A DNA stretch of 64,000 nt from Hyphomonas sp. Its GTDB lineage: Bacteria > Pseudomonadota > Alphaproteobacteria > Caulobacterales > Hyphomonadaceae. Positions 49,301 through 56,927 of this stretch are shown piece by piece. Within the stretch, counting starts at the first letter, position 1. Every line of letters starts with the position of its first letter. The notes under the pieces were generated by a model, which saw only the letters and a list, made by a program, of their open reading frames with translations, was not told the DNA's origin and did no database searches. A program made the position numbers and the translations under genes. The stretch covers positions 2,645,646-2,709,645 of the forward strand of contig NZ_OZ260087.1 of NCBI RefSeq assembly GCF_965284475.1. The letters run 5' to 3'.

Positions 49301-49780
49301 ATAGTCATTGTGATAACTGGCTACAAACACCCCGGTGCGTGAACGCCGCAGGTCTTCGAATCGAATCCCGGCGTCCTCCATTGCCTGAACAGCCACTTCA
49401 AGGAAAATCCGCTGCTGGGGATCCATCTGATCGGCTTCGCGGGGCGGAATACCGAAATATCCTGAGTCAAACGTGTCGACAGACTCAAGGAAAGACGCAC
49501 CAGCGGCGGTGCTGAGTCCGACAGCATCCGGGCCCTCTCCGTGCCATTTTCGAGCATCCCACCGGTCTGGTGGTACGGGCGATACCGTCGTGCGACTTTC
49601 CAGCAAAAACGACCAGAAACTCTCAGGGTCGTTGCCGCCTCCGGGGAACCGGCATCCAATTCCGACAATCGCGATCGGATCAGCTGCGAGTGTCGCGCCA
49701 ACTTTTTCGCGTGCACTGCGCGCCATCAAGGCAAGTTTTATGGAAGAAACTCGATTTGTATGCGTTTCAGCGTGGCTCAT
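43334..49780 (-). CDS. Modular type I PKS 'B': KS-AT(YAFH, malonyl-like)-DH-ER-KR(B)-ACP
   Basis: KS DTACSSS/HGTGT/NIGH; AT GHSVG and YAFH; DH EHRIFGQAIAP; ER HAGAGGVG; KR ALRD and GQSLYAAAN; ACP GLDSL. Confidence 0.92.
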   Translation of the reverse strand: MSHAETHTNRVSSIKLALMARSAREKVGATLAADPIAIVGIGCRFPGGGNDPESFWSFLLESRTTVSPVPPDRWDARKWHGEGPDAVGLSTAAGASFLESVDTFDSGYFGIPPREADQMDPQQRIFLEVAVQAMEDAGIRFEDLRRSRTGVFVASYHNDYAQMLYRDPAAMDQRTLTGTLHSVLANRLSYIFDLRGPSVSIDTACSSSLVAVHLACQSLRTGESNVALAGGVSAILAPELMVSMSRLGFLAPDGLCKTFDASADGFGRGEGCGVIALKRLSDALADGDRIWSVIRGSVVNQDGESTLLAAPNVQAQAALVREAVATSRVDADDIVYVETHGTGTILGDPIEVDALTETIGAKAADRPTCLLGGVKANIGHLEAAAGVAGIIKAALVLNKGEVPAQPGFKKLNPHINLDRTRFEIATRRQPLPRSIGTPLAGVSSFGVGGTNAHVILEAGPKVDAPKSDARDSDIWTLPLSARTPEGLLQSAADWQGVLASPSPSLTDLCHTAAEKRSHHAHRIAVSATSRTALAQKLAERSAKAIEAPCPQICFVFCGQGPQTARMGMSLAACEPVFAKHLETCDGLIRQYAGWSLLEELAREDVDSRLQETAIAQPALTALQTGLVALLKSWNLEPDTVIGHSVGEIAALQSAGIVSLEDAIRIACHRGEIMQAADGTGAMASVLVDSAAAAEAIAPFGKALSIAAINAPGETVISGESAALDALLDTLKTQGIGLHRLPVRYAFHSEQMSPFEKRLVETVRAVTSHPATGIRAISTVTGKPVEQVDAAHFARGIRAPVLFAKAMQATAGDERTVYVEIGPHPVLSASIAASMDQAGAPDRPIVPTLRRGRLDREVIAECAAKLFETGYSPKWSALQPSGGRVVSLPNYPWQRQRHWRDVNTSVLQQAGIDSGHPLLGYRLNITADDLVVYEGGQTASLGWLLEHRIFGQAIAPATAVMELLAAAARAIGGQTARLDDFTQLAPLPLGGPGELQSRWQVVAQLRKNVWVLKLNLLDDDVGTSEGRAIAEASVSADLAPARPYEPDSQFLTDDKAFNDSKTTVTDSAVISRFRTIGADFGASFQLLSDVKIAPAAATGRVTLPEALTGSAHLVHPAALDAGVQLCVIAAAGDAATTWLPVAVKSFRTLNPSASHSLDAEVRLIANGCNGTLIADISYRDPAGLLIAEITGLRFAKATQATLAAGIAAPVQLYATRWQAEAREAHSPVAPVQSWLVMSGDKQGEELTDALKAITDDVRVLGLKADEGELSAALNWLSAAPEPRQIIDLTGLADGAGPAEAVITTLEHVQAIAAHAPSASFAVVTRGAFTTDGDASAPSVQGAAIQGFAATASLEHPEMAIRGIDLDPAADMSSANEIAAALSAQLGRKGPTKLALRGEDWLSPHITPARLAGTSSYRAVRRRDSAGIDGLTMETLERNKLSKGQVRVAVRHAGLNFRDVLSTLGMLDGTLPPLGVECAGEVIEVSPEVTAFKAGDRVFGYAPGAFSEEVIVPAEWMTLIPDQITDEDAAGLTVAFGTALYGLDSIARLKAGERVLIHAGAGGVGLAAVQIALARGAEVFTTAGSERKRDMLRSLGVNHVFDSRALDFEKQVLDATQGEGVDVVLNSLAGDFILASVRSLSANGRFLELGKRNLLSQDEFSAIRPAASYCVYDLGQIIEAEPARLKPVLDIVLTGIADKKFSPLPTRVFGIEQTEEAMRFMASAKHVGKVVLRVPPRLTSTVRGNASYWITGGLGGLGLYTARWLTDSGAQHIVLSGRHAASESAKAAIAGIEKTGARVHVLTCDAGDHASNVKALAVIKDTMPPLRGIIHAAGALRDGPVLTRQREDVEAVFRGKLAGAESLDQLTRDLPLDFFVCYSAAGTTLGAPGQSLYAAANTALDALAARRRHAGYPASSIAWGSWSGAGMLAELAANGRDVWAQRGLGNITPEIGFPQLEQMLRSGMPNAMAMVIDWRRFAATAPEALDVRPFSEFMKGPTLTGREPVRAQEQTLGEKLKIASPAERRAKLRDCVETAARHIIGIQTDMNIDPDKPLKDIGLDSLMAVEMRNELARGIGLRLNATLLFDFPTLNRLVEHLDRALSPAKPETSTVSMRDADDLDNLSDQELAALLEEELAASGISRDAKREPQS

Positions 49781-52700
49781 TTGCGCCCTCCAAGTAGGGC
49801 CGCAAGGGCTTCATCTTCGCTCAGGCCCTCGATTGTTGAGAAGCTTGTCTCAAGGTCGTCGGACGAAAGAGCCGCTTCCGGAACCGGTGCAGAGGTTGGT
49901 GTCTGCGCGCCATGTGGACTGGCGCACAGGAAGTCGATGATTTTACTGGCTGTCGGATAAGTCCAGGCTAGCGTGGCAGGCAGAGGGCGCCCCACCAACT
50001 TTTCAAGCGCGTTCCGCAATTCGATGCCCATCAGTGAGTTCAATCCCAAGTCCCCGAGAGGTCGAATTGGGTCAAAGTCCTCAGGGCGCAGCTTGAGGAC
50101 CTTCGTCACGATCGCAGGAACAAAGGTCATCGCTGCCTTCCGGCGGTCGGTCAGGGACAGACTTTCGAACGACGCGTTGTCAGAAGACGTGTCGACGCCC
50201 CCGGCGAACAGCTCTTCGAATAGATGGTACGCGCGCCCTGGCCGGCTTTTGCTGAATGCCGACCAGTCCATTCGGAACGCGCTCACGGCAGGCATTGACT
50301 GGCCGATGACCCAGTCAAGCAAGGCATCTCCTTCGCGCGGATCCATGGCGAGTTCGCCATGTTCCTCGAATTCGTCTGCGACATGATCAAGCGCAGCGCG
50401 ACCGAGTTGGTTCCACGGGCCCCAAGCGACGCTCACAGCGGCTTGTCCACGCGCATGCCGATCATACGCCAGGGCATCCAGGCCGCAGTTTGCGGCAGCA
50501 TAAGCCGCCAGCCCCTGGTGGGGAACAAACGCCATCGTGGAGGAATACAGAACGAACAGGTCAACGTCCGGAAATTCACGGTCAAGTATTCGCGCGCCAT
50601 CCAGTTTGGGGGCAATGGCCAGATTGAAACTGTCTTGGTTCGTGTCAGCTGCAAGCCGCGTATCATAAGCTGTTGCCAGATGGATCACCCCCTTGACGGA
50701 CGGCCGCATTTCGGATTCGCGCGCTAAAAGAAATGCCCGCAAGGCGTCGGCATCCGCAATATCAAGCGCCGCGATCTCCACCGAAACGCCGGAAGCCTCT
50801 AGCGCAACAACGCCTGCGATGCGGTCCGCGTCATCGGTTCCTTCGGCGACACGCCCCCAATGCTTGCGAGGCGGAAGAGGGCGCCGCGACATCAGGATGA
50901 TGTGGCGTGCACCGGCGTTTGCAAGGACACCTGCTGCCCGCAGCCCCAGTGCACTCAGGCCGCCGGTAATCAGGTAGGCGGCGTCCTTCTTCAATTCGGG
51001 ACCCGTCTTGTGAGCGCCAGTGTTCATGAACTGGCGCAAGCGCGGGACAAACCAGCTCCCTTGTCGGTACGCGGCCTCAGGCTCCGCGCTATCGGCCAGG
51101 CACTGGCTCGCCAGTGCGTCCGCCTGTTCGGCAAGCGGAAAGTCGGGGTCGGAATCAATGAGGCGAAAACTGAATTCGGGATGCTCATCGGCAACGACCC
51201 GAAAGGCACCCATCATGGACGCCTGATCGATAGCCACACGCTGTTCCGGGCCACCTGCAACTGTGGCGCCTTGCGTTACGATTATGACCCTCTGAGACCC
51301 GACACTGTTCTCGCGCAGGAGCTGAAGCAGCCTGATGGGCAAGAACCCGGCACCCAGGTCTGGTGCGATCGACACGATTCCATGATAGGTGTGACCCGAA
51401 GCGAGCGCACTATGAGCGGCCTTAAATTCCAGGCAATCGACCTCGGCGCCTGTCTTCTTCAGCGCGGCAGCCAGTGCACTCGCATCTATCATCTCTGGGC
51501 TGATGACCAACCAGTCCTGCTCTTGCGCCGAGGTTGCGTCCTTGTGCTCTACCGGCTTCCAGGCAAGCTGGTGGAGCATGTCGCGCGCGTCTTCGGACAG
51601 GTGCGGGCGTTTGCGGTTGTTGCTTGTATGCGTCCCCTCGGCTGCCTCGTGCCAATGCCGGGAACGTTGCCAGGGATAGTGAGGCAGCGGCACATCGTGA
51701 CGCGGCGTGCCTGAATAGGCGCCCCAGTCAATATCAGTGCCGCGTGTCCAGAGTTTAGCCATGCCTTCGGCGATGATATCCATTGCCGGGCTGTCGCGGC
51801 GCTCACTGGCAGCCAGGACAGCATCCGCATCCCCGTGGCTGAGAATCTGCTCGACCGATGTCAGCAGTACGGGATTGGGACCAAGCTCGATGAATGCACC
51901 GGCGCCTGCCTCCAGCGCTGCTTCGACAGCGTCAAGGAATTGCACGGGTTCGCGCAAATTTCGTGCCCAATAGCTGCCATCCAGTTGCAGGCCGGCCGTT
52001 GCGCTACCCGTTACGGTCGAGAGCATTGGTACGCTGAATTCGGCGGGGGTGATGTCATGAAGCTGGGATGCGAGCTCAGGCGCCAGCGCCGCCATTTGCG
52101 GACCATGGGACGCAACGTCCACCTTGACCTTGCGACAGAAAATGCCGTCGCCTGAAAGCTTTTCCAGAACGGTATCCAGTGAAGCGACCTCACCAGAAAT
52201 GATGCTTGCGCGGGGGCTGTTGATTGCGGCAACACAGAGTTTGCCGGAGTAGGGATCCAGAATCGGCTCGAGATCCGCTCGCGGGAGTTCCACCAGTGCC
52301 ATGCCGCCCTCGCCGCTGGTGCGCGCCATCAGGGCGCTACGCGCAACCACTACCCGCATTGCATCCTTCAGGCTAAGAATTCCCGATATGGCCGCCGCAG
52401 AGACCTCGCCCATGCTGTGGCCGATTGTCAGCATCGGGTGAACGCCAAATGAGCGCCACAGTTGCGCATAGCTGATCGCGAGTGCGACGAGTACGGGCTG
52501 AATCACCCCGATTTCGCTGAGGCGATGCCCGGCGTCGCTGTCTCCGAGCTGAAGCTGTTCCTGCAGAGACCAGTCCACCAGTGGCGCAAGAGCCTGCTCA
52601 CACGCATCGATGGATTGCCTGAAGACCGGTTCGGCTGCGATGAGCGATCGTGCCATGCCAGTCCATTGTCCGCCTTGCCCCGGCGCGACAAATGTCACGA

Positions 52701-54327
52701 CCGGCGAAGTGTCCGTCCAGACCTGCCCACGAATCGCATCGTCATCACCGAAGCGGAAGCGTTCAAGGGCCGCGATCAGTTCATCGCGGTCATGGCCAAC
52801 AAATGCGGCGCGATTTGTGAGGGCTGTCCGGTTGCCGGCCGCCGCGGCGCAAATTTCGTGAACGGATATACCAGTCTCAGTACGGAGTGTTCTTTCATAC
52901 AGCCGGGCAAGTTCACGCAGGGCGTCGTGGCTCTCGGCGGAGATTGGCAGGATGGCGGGACGAGAACAGTTCGCCTGCGTGATCGGTCCCAGTTTGGCTG
53001 CCGGCGGGTTCTGAACAAGAAGGTGCGCATTCGATCCGGCAATCCCGAATCCACTGACGCCGGCGATCCGTTCGGGGCCATCCCAAAGCTGGCGTTCGCG
53101 CGCAATTTCGAGCGGCGCGGAATCCCAGTCGATGTCCGGGTTCGGAGTGTCAAAGTGGAGGCTGGCCGGCACATGTCCCATCTTGACGGCCAAAGCTGCC
53201 TTGAGCAGTCCGGCCATGCCGGCCGCGCCTTCCGTATGTCCGATGTTCGTCTTGACCGAGCCAACGTGGAGAGCCTGGCTGCGGCCGCCCCCAAGGACGG
53301 CACTGATCGCGCCGAGTTCTACGGGGTCACCGGAACGTGTCCCTGTGCCGTGCGCCTCGACATAGCCAACGGACGCCGCTGGCAAGTTCGCATCAATAAG
53401 CGCCTGGCGGAGCAATGCTTCCTGCCCTTTGCGGCTGGGTGTCCCGAAAGAGCCGCTTGACCTGCCATCATTGTTGATGGCGCTACCGCGAATGACGGCA
53501 TGTATCCGGTCGCCATCCGCCAGCGCGCGGTCCAGCCGCTTGAGCAGAACGAGGCCGGCTCCTTCACTGCGAACATAACCATCGCCAGAAGCGTCGCCAA
53601 ACTTGCAGCGCCCATCTGGTGCCATCATGCGGCTCTGCGAGTAGCCGACGGTGATGTGGGGGCTGAGGATGACATTGACCCCCGCCGCAAATGCGAGATC
53701 GGACTCTCCCGAGCGAAGGCTTTGTATGGCGAGATGCACGGCTGTTAGCGATGACGAACAGGCTGTGTCGAGTGTCAGGCTCGGGCCCATCAGGTTCAGG
53801 AAGTGCGACACACGTCCGGATGTCGTGTATCTGCCGCTTCCCGTCGTCATTTCGAAATCCGTGATCGTTGGATCGCTGAGGAGCCGCATCTCGAAATCGC
53901 TCAGCCATTGGCCGACATAGACCCCGACGGATTGTCCAGCCAAGGCTTTCGCGTCCAGGCCCGCATCTTCAATCGCTTCCCAGGCTGTCTCCAGCAAGAG
54001 CCGCTGCTGCGGGTCCATGCGCTCCGCTTCACGAGGTGAAATATGGAAAAATCCCGCGTCGAACTGCTCGATACCCTCAAGGTATCCGCCGAAGCGCGTC
54101 ATGATCCGGCCAGGCGTCGCCGGCGTCTGCGAATAAAGCCCGTCTACGTCCATGCGGGTTGGAGGGATTTCACCCACAGCATCCCGACCTTCACACAACA
54201 TCTTCCAGTAGGCATCAGGCGTATTCGCGCCGCCGGGAAAGCGGCAGGCCATCCCGATGATTGCTACTGATCGAGTTGGTTCAGGCGCCATATCTTTCAC
54301 CCTCGACAAAGCTGAGCTTGCGCTCAC
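49777..54327 (-). CDS. Modular type I PKS 'A': KS-AT(VASH, methylmalonyl-like)-KR(A-like)-ACP; start is GTG 54327 or ATG 54291
   Basis: KS DTACSSS/HGTGT/NIGH; AT VIQP, GHSMG and VDVASH; KR TGGLSALG with no LDD and GLAAYAAAN; ACP GLNSL. Confidence 0.9.
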   Translation of the reverse strand: MSASSALSRVKDMAPEPTRSVAIIGMACRFPGGANTPDAYWKMLCEGRDAVGEIPPTRMDVDGLYSQTPATPGRIMTRFGGYLEGIEQFDAGFFHISPREAERMDPQQRLLLETAWEAIEDAGLDAKALAGQSVGVYVGQWLSDFEMRLLSDPTITDFEMTTGSGRYTTSGRVSHFLNLMGPSLTLDTACSSSLTAVHLAIQSLRSGESDLAFAAGVNVILSPHITVGYSQSRMMAPDGRCKFGDASGDGYVRSEGAGLVLLKRLDRALADGDRIHAVIRGSAINNDGRSSGSFGTPSRKGQEALLRQALIDANLPAASVGYVEAHGTGTRSGDPVELGAISAVLGGGRSQALHVGSVKTNIGHTEGAAGMAGLLKAALAVKMGHVPASLHFDTPNPDIDWDSAPLEIARERQLWDGPERIAGVSGFGIAGSNAHLLVQNPPAAKLGPITQANCSRPAILPISAESHDALRELARLYERTLRTETGISVHEICAAAAGNRTALTNRAAFVGHDRDELIAALERFRFGDDDAIRGQVWTDTSPVVTFVAPGQGGQWTGMARSLIAAEPVFRQSIDACEQALAPLVDWSLQEQLQLGDSDAGHRLSEIGVIQPVLVALAISYAQLWRSFGVHPMLTIGHSMGEVSAAAISGILSLKDAMRVVVARSALMARTSGEGGMALVELPRADLEPILDPYSGKLCVAAINSPRASIISGEVASLDTVLEKLSGDGIFCRKVKVDVASHGPQMAALAPELASQLHDITPAEFSVPMLSTVTGSATAGLQLDGSYWARNLREPVQFLDAVEAALEAGAGAFIELGPNPVLLTSVEQILSHGDADAVLAASERRDSPAMDIIAEGMAKLWTRGTDIDWGAYSGTPRHDVPLPHYPWQRSRHWHEAAEGTHTSNNRKRPHLSEDARDMLHQLAWKPVEHKDATSAQEQDWLVISPEMIDASALAAALKKTGAEVDCLEFKAAHSALASGHTYHGIVSIAPDLGAGFLPIRLLQLLRENSVGSQRVIIVTQGATVAGGPEQRVAIDQASMMGAFRVVADEHPEFSFRLIDSDPDFPLAEQADALASQCLADSAEPEAAYRQGSWFVPRLRQFMNTGAHKTGPELKKDAAYLITGGLSALGLRAAGVLANAGARHIILMSRRPLPPRKHWGRVAEGTDDADRIAGVVALEASGVSVEIAALDIADADALRAFLLARESEMRPSVKGVIHLATAYDTRLAADTNQDSFNLAIAPKLDGARILDREFPDVDLFVLYSSTMAFVPHQGLAAYAAANCGLDALAYDRHARGQAAVSVAWGPWNQLGRAALDHVADEFEEHGELAMDPREGDALLDWVIGQSMPAVSAFRMDWSAFSKSRPGRAYHLFEELFAGGVDTSSDNASFESLSLTDRRKAAMTFVPAIVTKVLKLRPEDFDPIRPLGDLGLNSLMGIELRNALEKLVGRPLPATLAWTYPTASKIIDFLCASPHGAQTPTSAPVPEAALSSDDLETSFSTIEGLSEDEALAALLGGRK

Positions 54328-55139
54328 GGACTACTGGGTGTTGCAGCTGCGGGCATTTTTGCTTCCAGAACGTCCTGGATATGCAAAATGAGTGCCGAGC
54401 GCTGGTCTTCCAGATAGAAATGCCCTCCGTCGAACATCTGAAGACGAAAGTCCTGTTCGGTCCAGGATCCCCACCCCGCGAGAAGATGTTCGGGAACCAG
54501 CCTGTCGTCCTTGCCGCCAAGAGCGCTGATGGCGATCGGTAACCGGCGGGGAGTGGCGCGCTCGATCCTTTCAAGCGTGCGAATATCGGCCTTCAGCGTT
54601 GGCAACAGCAGTTCCAGGACTTCCGGTGCTTCAATGATTTCGCGCGGAATGCCGCCATAGCGCTTGTTCACCTCTTCGACGAACGTCATGTCATCGAGGT
54701 GTGAGAGCGGGCCAACGGGGCTGGGCAAGTTGGGCGGTTGCCGTGCGGAAAGAAAGAGGTGCATCGGGGCGTGCATTTCCTGCCGTACGATCTCGGAGGC
54801 AAGTTCCGAAGCGAAGACAGCGCCCATACTGTGTCCAAAAAAAGCGTAAGGCCGGTCTGTCAGGGTGGACAATTCCGGAAGAATGGATCGAACGAGTTCA
54901 GGAAAACTGTCCAATGGAGGCTCTGCAAGCCGATTGGCACGGCCGGGGGGCTGGACGGGCACGATTTCCAGCCAGGCCGGGGCCTGGGATTGCCATGCCC
55001 GATACATCGCGGCGCCATAGCCAGCGCACGGAAAACAGAACAGGCGGATTCGCATTTCAGCCGTAGGCGAGGAACGGAAAAACCAGCTTGCAGCCTGCTG
55101 CATGCCACCACGGTTGGGGGCCATGTTACGGATATCCAT
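54324..55139 (-). CDS. Type II (editing) thioesterase
   Basis: RLFCFPCAG, VQPPGR, GHSMG nucleophile motif, LLLPTLKAD and GGHFYL. Confidence 0.9.
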   Translation of the reverse strand: MDIRNMAPNRGGMQQAASWFFRSSPTAEMRIRLFCFPCAGYGAAMYRAWQSQAPAWLEIVPVQPPGRANRLAEPPLDSFPELVRSILPELSTLTDRPYAFFGHSMGAVFASELASEIVRQEMHAPMHLFLSARQPPNLPSPVGPLSHLDDMTFVEEVNKRYGGIPREIIEAPEVLELLLPTLKADIRTLERIERATPRRLPIAISALGGKDDRLVPEHLLAGWGSWTEQDFRLQMFDGGHFYLEDQRSALILHIQDVLEAKMPAAATPSSP

Positions 55140-55353
55140 GATGCTTTACTGTCCCACACCCGTTCCCGGTCGACAACACGGCATCGAAATACCTGACCGA
55201 ACACTATTTCAAATTACACTTTGCCATGGAAATAGCCACGGTCACAACAAACTTGTGCGAGCATTACAGCACAGCTGTTGTTGAGGAATTGCTACTTTTC
55301 GAACATTTTTTGCAGACTGCGGCAGCGCCGGGAATTTGCAACCTCTGGTGCGC

Positions 55354-56832
55354 TTAAACGCGCCTCCCGCGTGGCCGCAAAATGCCTGTGATCCGACGTG
55401 CAATGGCGCGCAGGATGCGGGCAAATTCCATGTGGAGTGGGTGCTTGAGCAGGTAGAGGGAAGCAATCCAGCTCACACCTGCGACACCGACCGCCAGAAG
55501 GCCCTCCGCAAGGCCGACATTTGCGCTGCCACCAGAATAGTGAACGATTGCAAGCGGGCCGGCAACAGTCGCGGCGGTCGCAACCGCACTTCGGGAGAGT
55601 GCGCGTCCGATATCCAGCCATGTAAATCGTATCACATAAGCCTGCACGAACCAGGTCGACAGGACCACGTTGATCGCAACAATAGGCCATGTGGCCCACG
55701 CGACGGCATGGATTCCATACTGTGCGCTGATGACAATTGTCGGGAGTACGATACACGCCTGCAGGATCGCGAGCAGGAATGCACGTCGCACCGCACCCTG
55801 GGCAATCAGGATGGGATAGTTCAGTCCGGGGGGAAAATTCAGGAGCAGTCCACCTGCGATAATCTGCACTAGTGGAATGGTTTCGAGCCAGTCATTACCC
55901 AGGAACAGGCGGATCAGGGGGGCGGCAAGGACGATGATCAGGCCGAGGCAGGGCCAGATCAATCCGCTAATCCGCTCGACGGCAGCAAGGTAGTATTTCC
56001 TGAGGTCACTCTTTTCGCGGGCGGCCTCAGAGAAGGCCGGCAGGGCCGCAGCGCTGACGCCGGCCATGACGGTGCGTTCCGGAAACTGGGCGATCATTGA
56101 TGCGCGGTTCAACAGGCCGACCATGGCCGGCGGCATGAAATTGCCAACGGCCATAACGGAGAGGACTTCCGTTGCGCGCTGCACAATGCCGGTGCCGCCA
56201 CTGAACAGGCTGAATGACAGGACGTCTTTCCAGGCGCTGAACGATGGCCGGAAAATTTCGAAACTCGGGCGGAAGTAGAGCAGCAACAATGTGCCGACCA
56301 ACGCCGAAACAACCTGCGCGTATGCGAAACTCAGATAACTGGCGCCAGCGATGGCTGTGCCGATCAGGACCGCTGAATTGAAGACTGTCGATGCGATGTT
56401 GATTACAGCGAGCTTTCCAAATGCGAAGTCGCGCGCAAGCAGCGCATGTAGCGGGTAGACGATGGCACCCACCGCAAACGGAACAGCGCAAATCTTAAGA
56501 TAGAGATCCAGGCCCGGCGAATTGAGCAGGCGAGCCAGGGCCGGTGCTGACAGAACCATGCAGGGGAGGATGGCGAGGGTCAGGAAAAGATTCAGGGTAA
56601 ACGCAGCGCGCAGTTTCGCGAGCGTCAGCTCCTTTGCCTGGATAATGTAAGCTGACGAGCCCACGTCGCGTAATGTGTTTGCCATGAGCAGAACGGCTGC
56701 GCCCAGAACTGTAACGCCGAATTCTGCCGGATTGATCAGACGGGCAACAATTGCCGTTGTGACCAGCGTGATCGCTGTCGATACATACTTGTCAGCCGTG
56801 GCGACAATGACGGCAGTCCTGATTTTATCCAT
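55354..56832 (-). CDS. Wzx-type oligosaccharide flippase (PST family, MOP superfamily; 'polysaccharide biosynthesis protein')
   Basis: 492 aa with 12-14 TM segments. ARLINPAEFG, ALLARDFAFGKL, VGLLNRA, LPAFS and LFLGNDW match the PST flippase pattern. GGGGGAAG precedes the start. Confidence 0.85.
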   Translation of the reverse strand: MDKIRTAVIVATADKYVSTAITLVTTAIVARLINPAEFGVTVLGAAVLLMANTLRDVGSSAYIIQAKELTLAKLRAAFTLNLFLTLAILPCMVLSAPALARLLNSPGLDLYLKICAVPFAVGAIVYPLHALLARDFAFGKLAVINIASTVFNSAVLIGTAIAGASYLSFAYAQVVSALVGTLLLLYFRPSFEIFRPSFSAWKDVLSFSLFSGGTGIVQRATEVLSVMAVGNFMPPAMVGLLNRASMIAQFPERTVMAGVSAAALPAFSEAAREKSDLRKYYLAAVERISGLIWPCLGLIIVLAAPLIRLFLGNDWLETIPLVQIIAGGLLLNFPPGLNYPILIAQGAVRRAFLLAILQACIVLPTIVISAQYGIHAVAWATWPIVAINVVLSTWFVQAYVIRFTWLDIGRALSRSAVATAATVAGPLAIVHYSGGSANVGLAEGLLAVGVAGVSWIASLYLLKHPLHMEFARILRAIARRITGILRPRGRRV

Positions 56833-56927
56833 AAGACTTCCCCCGGCTGAGTGCGGATTCCGTTTCAGCGCCGGTCAGGACAAGGCACACCTGAACCATG
56901 CTGACAAGCAAAGGACGTGCCGCAGTG

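Noticed and set aside
17596-54327. Trans-AT PKS interpretation
   Set aside because: Every module has an integral AT with GHSxG, and no free-standing AT is visible.
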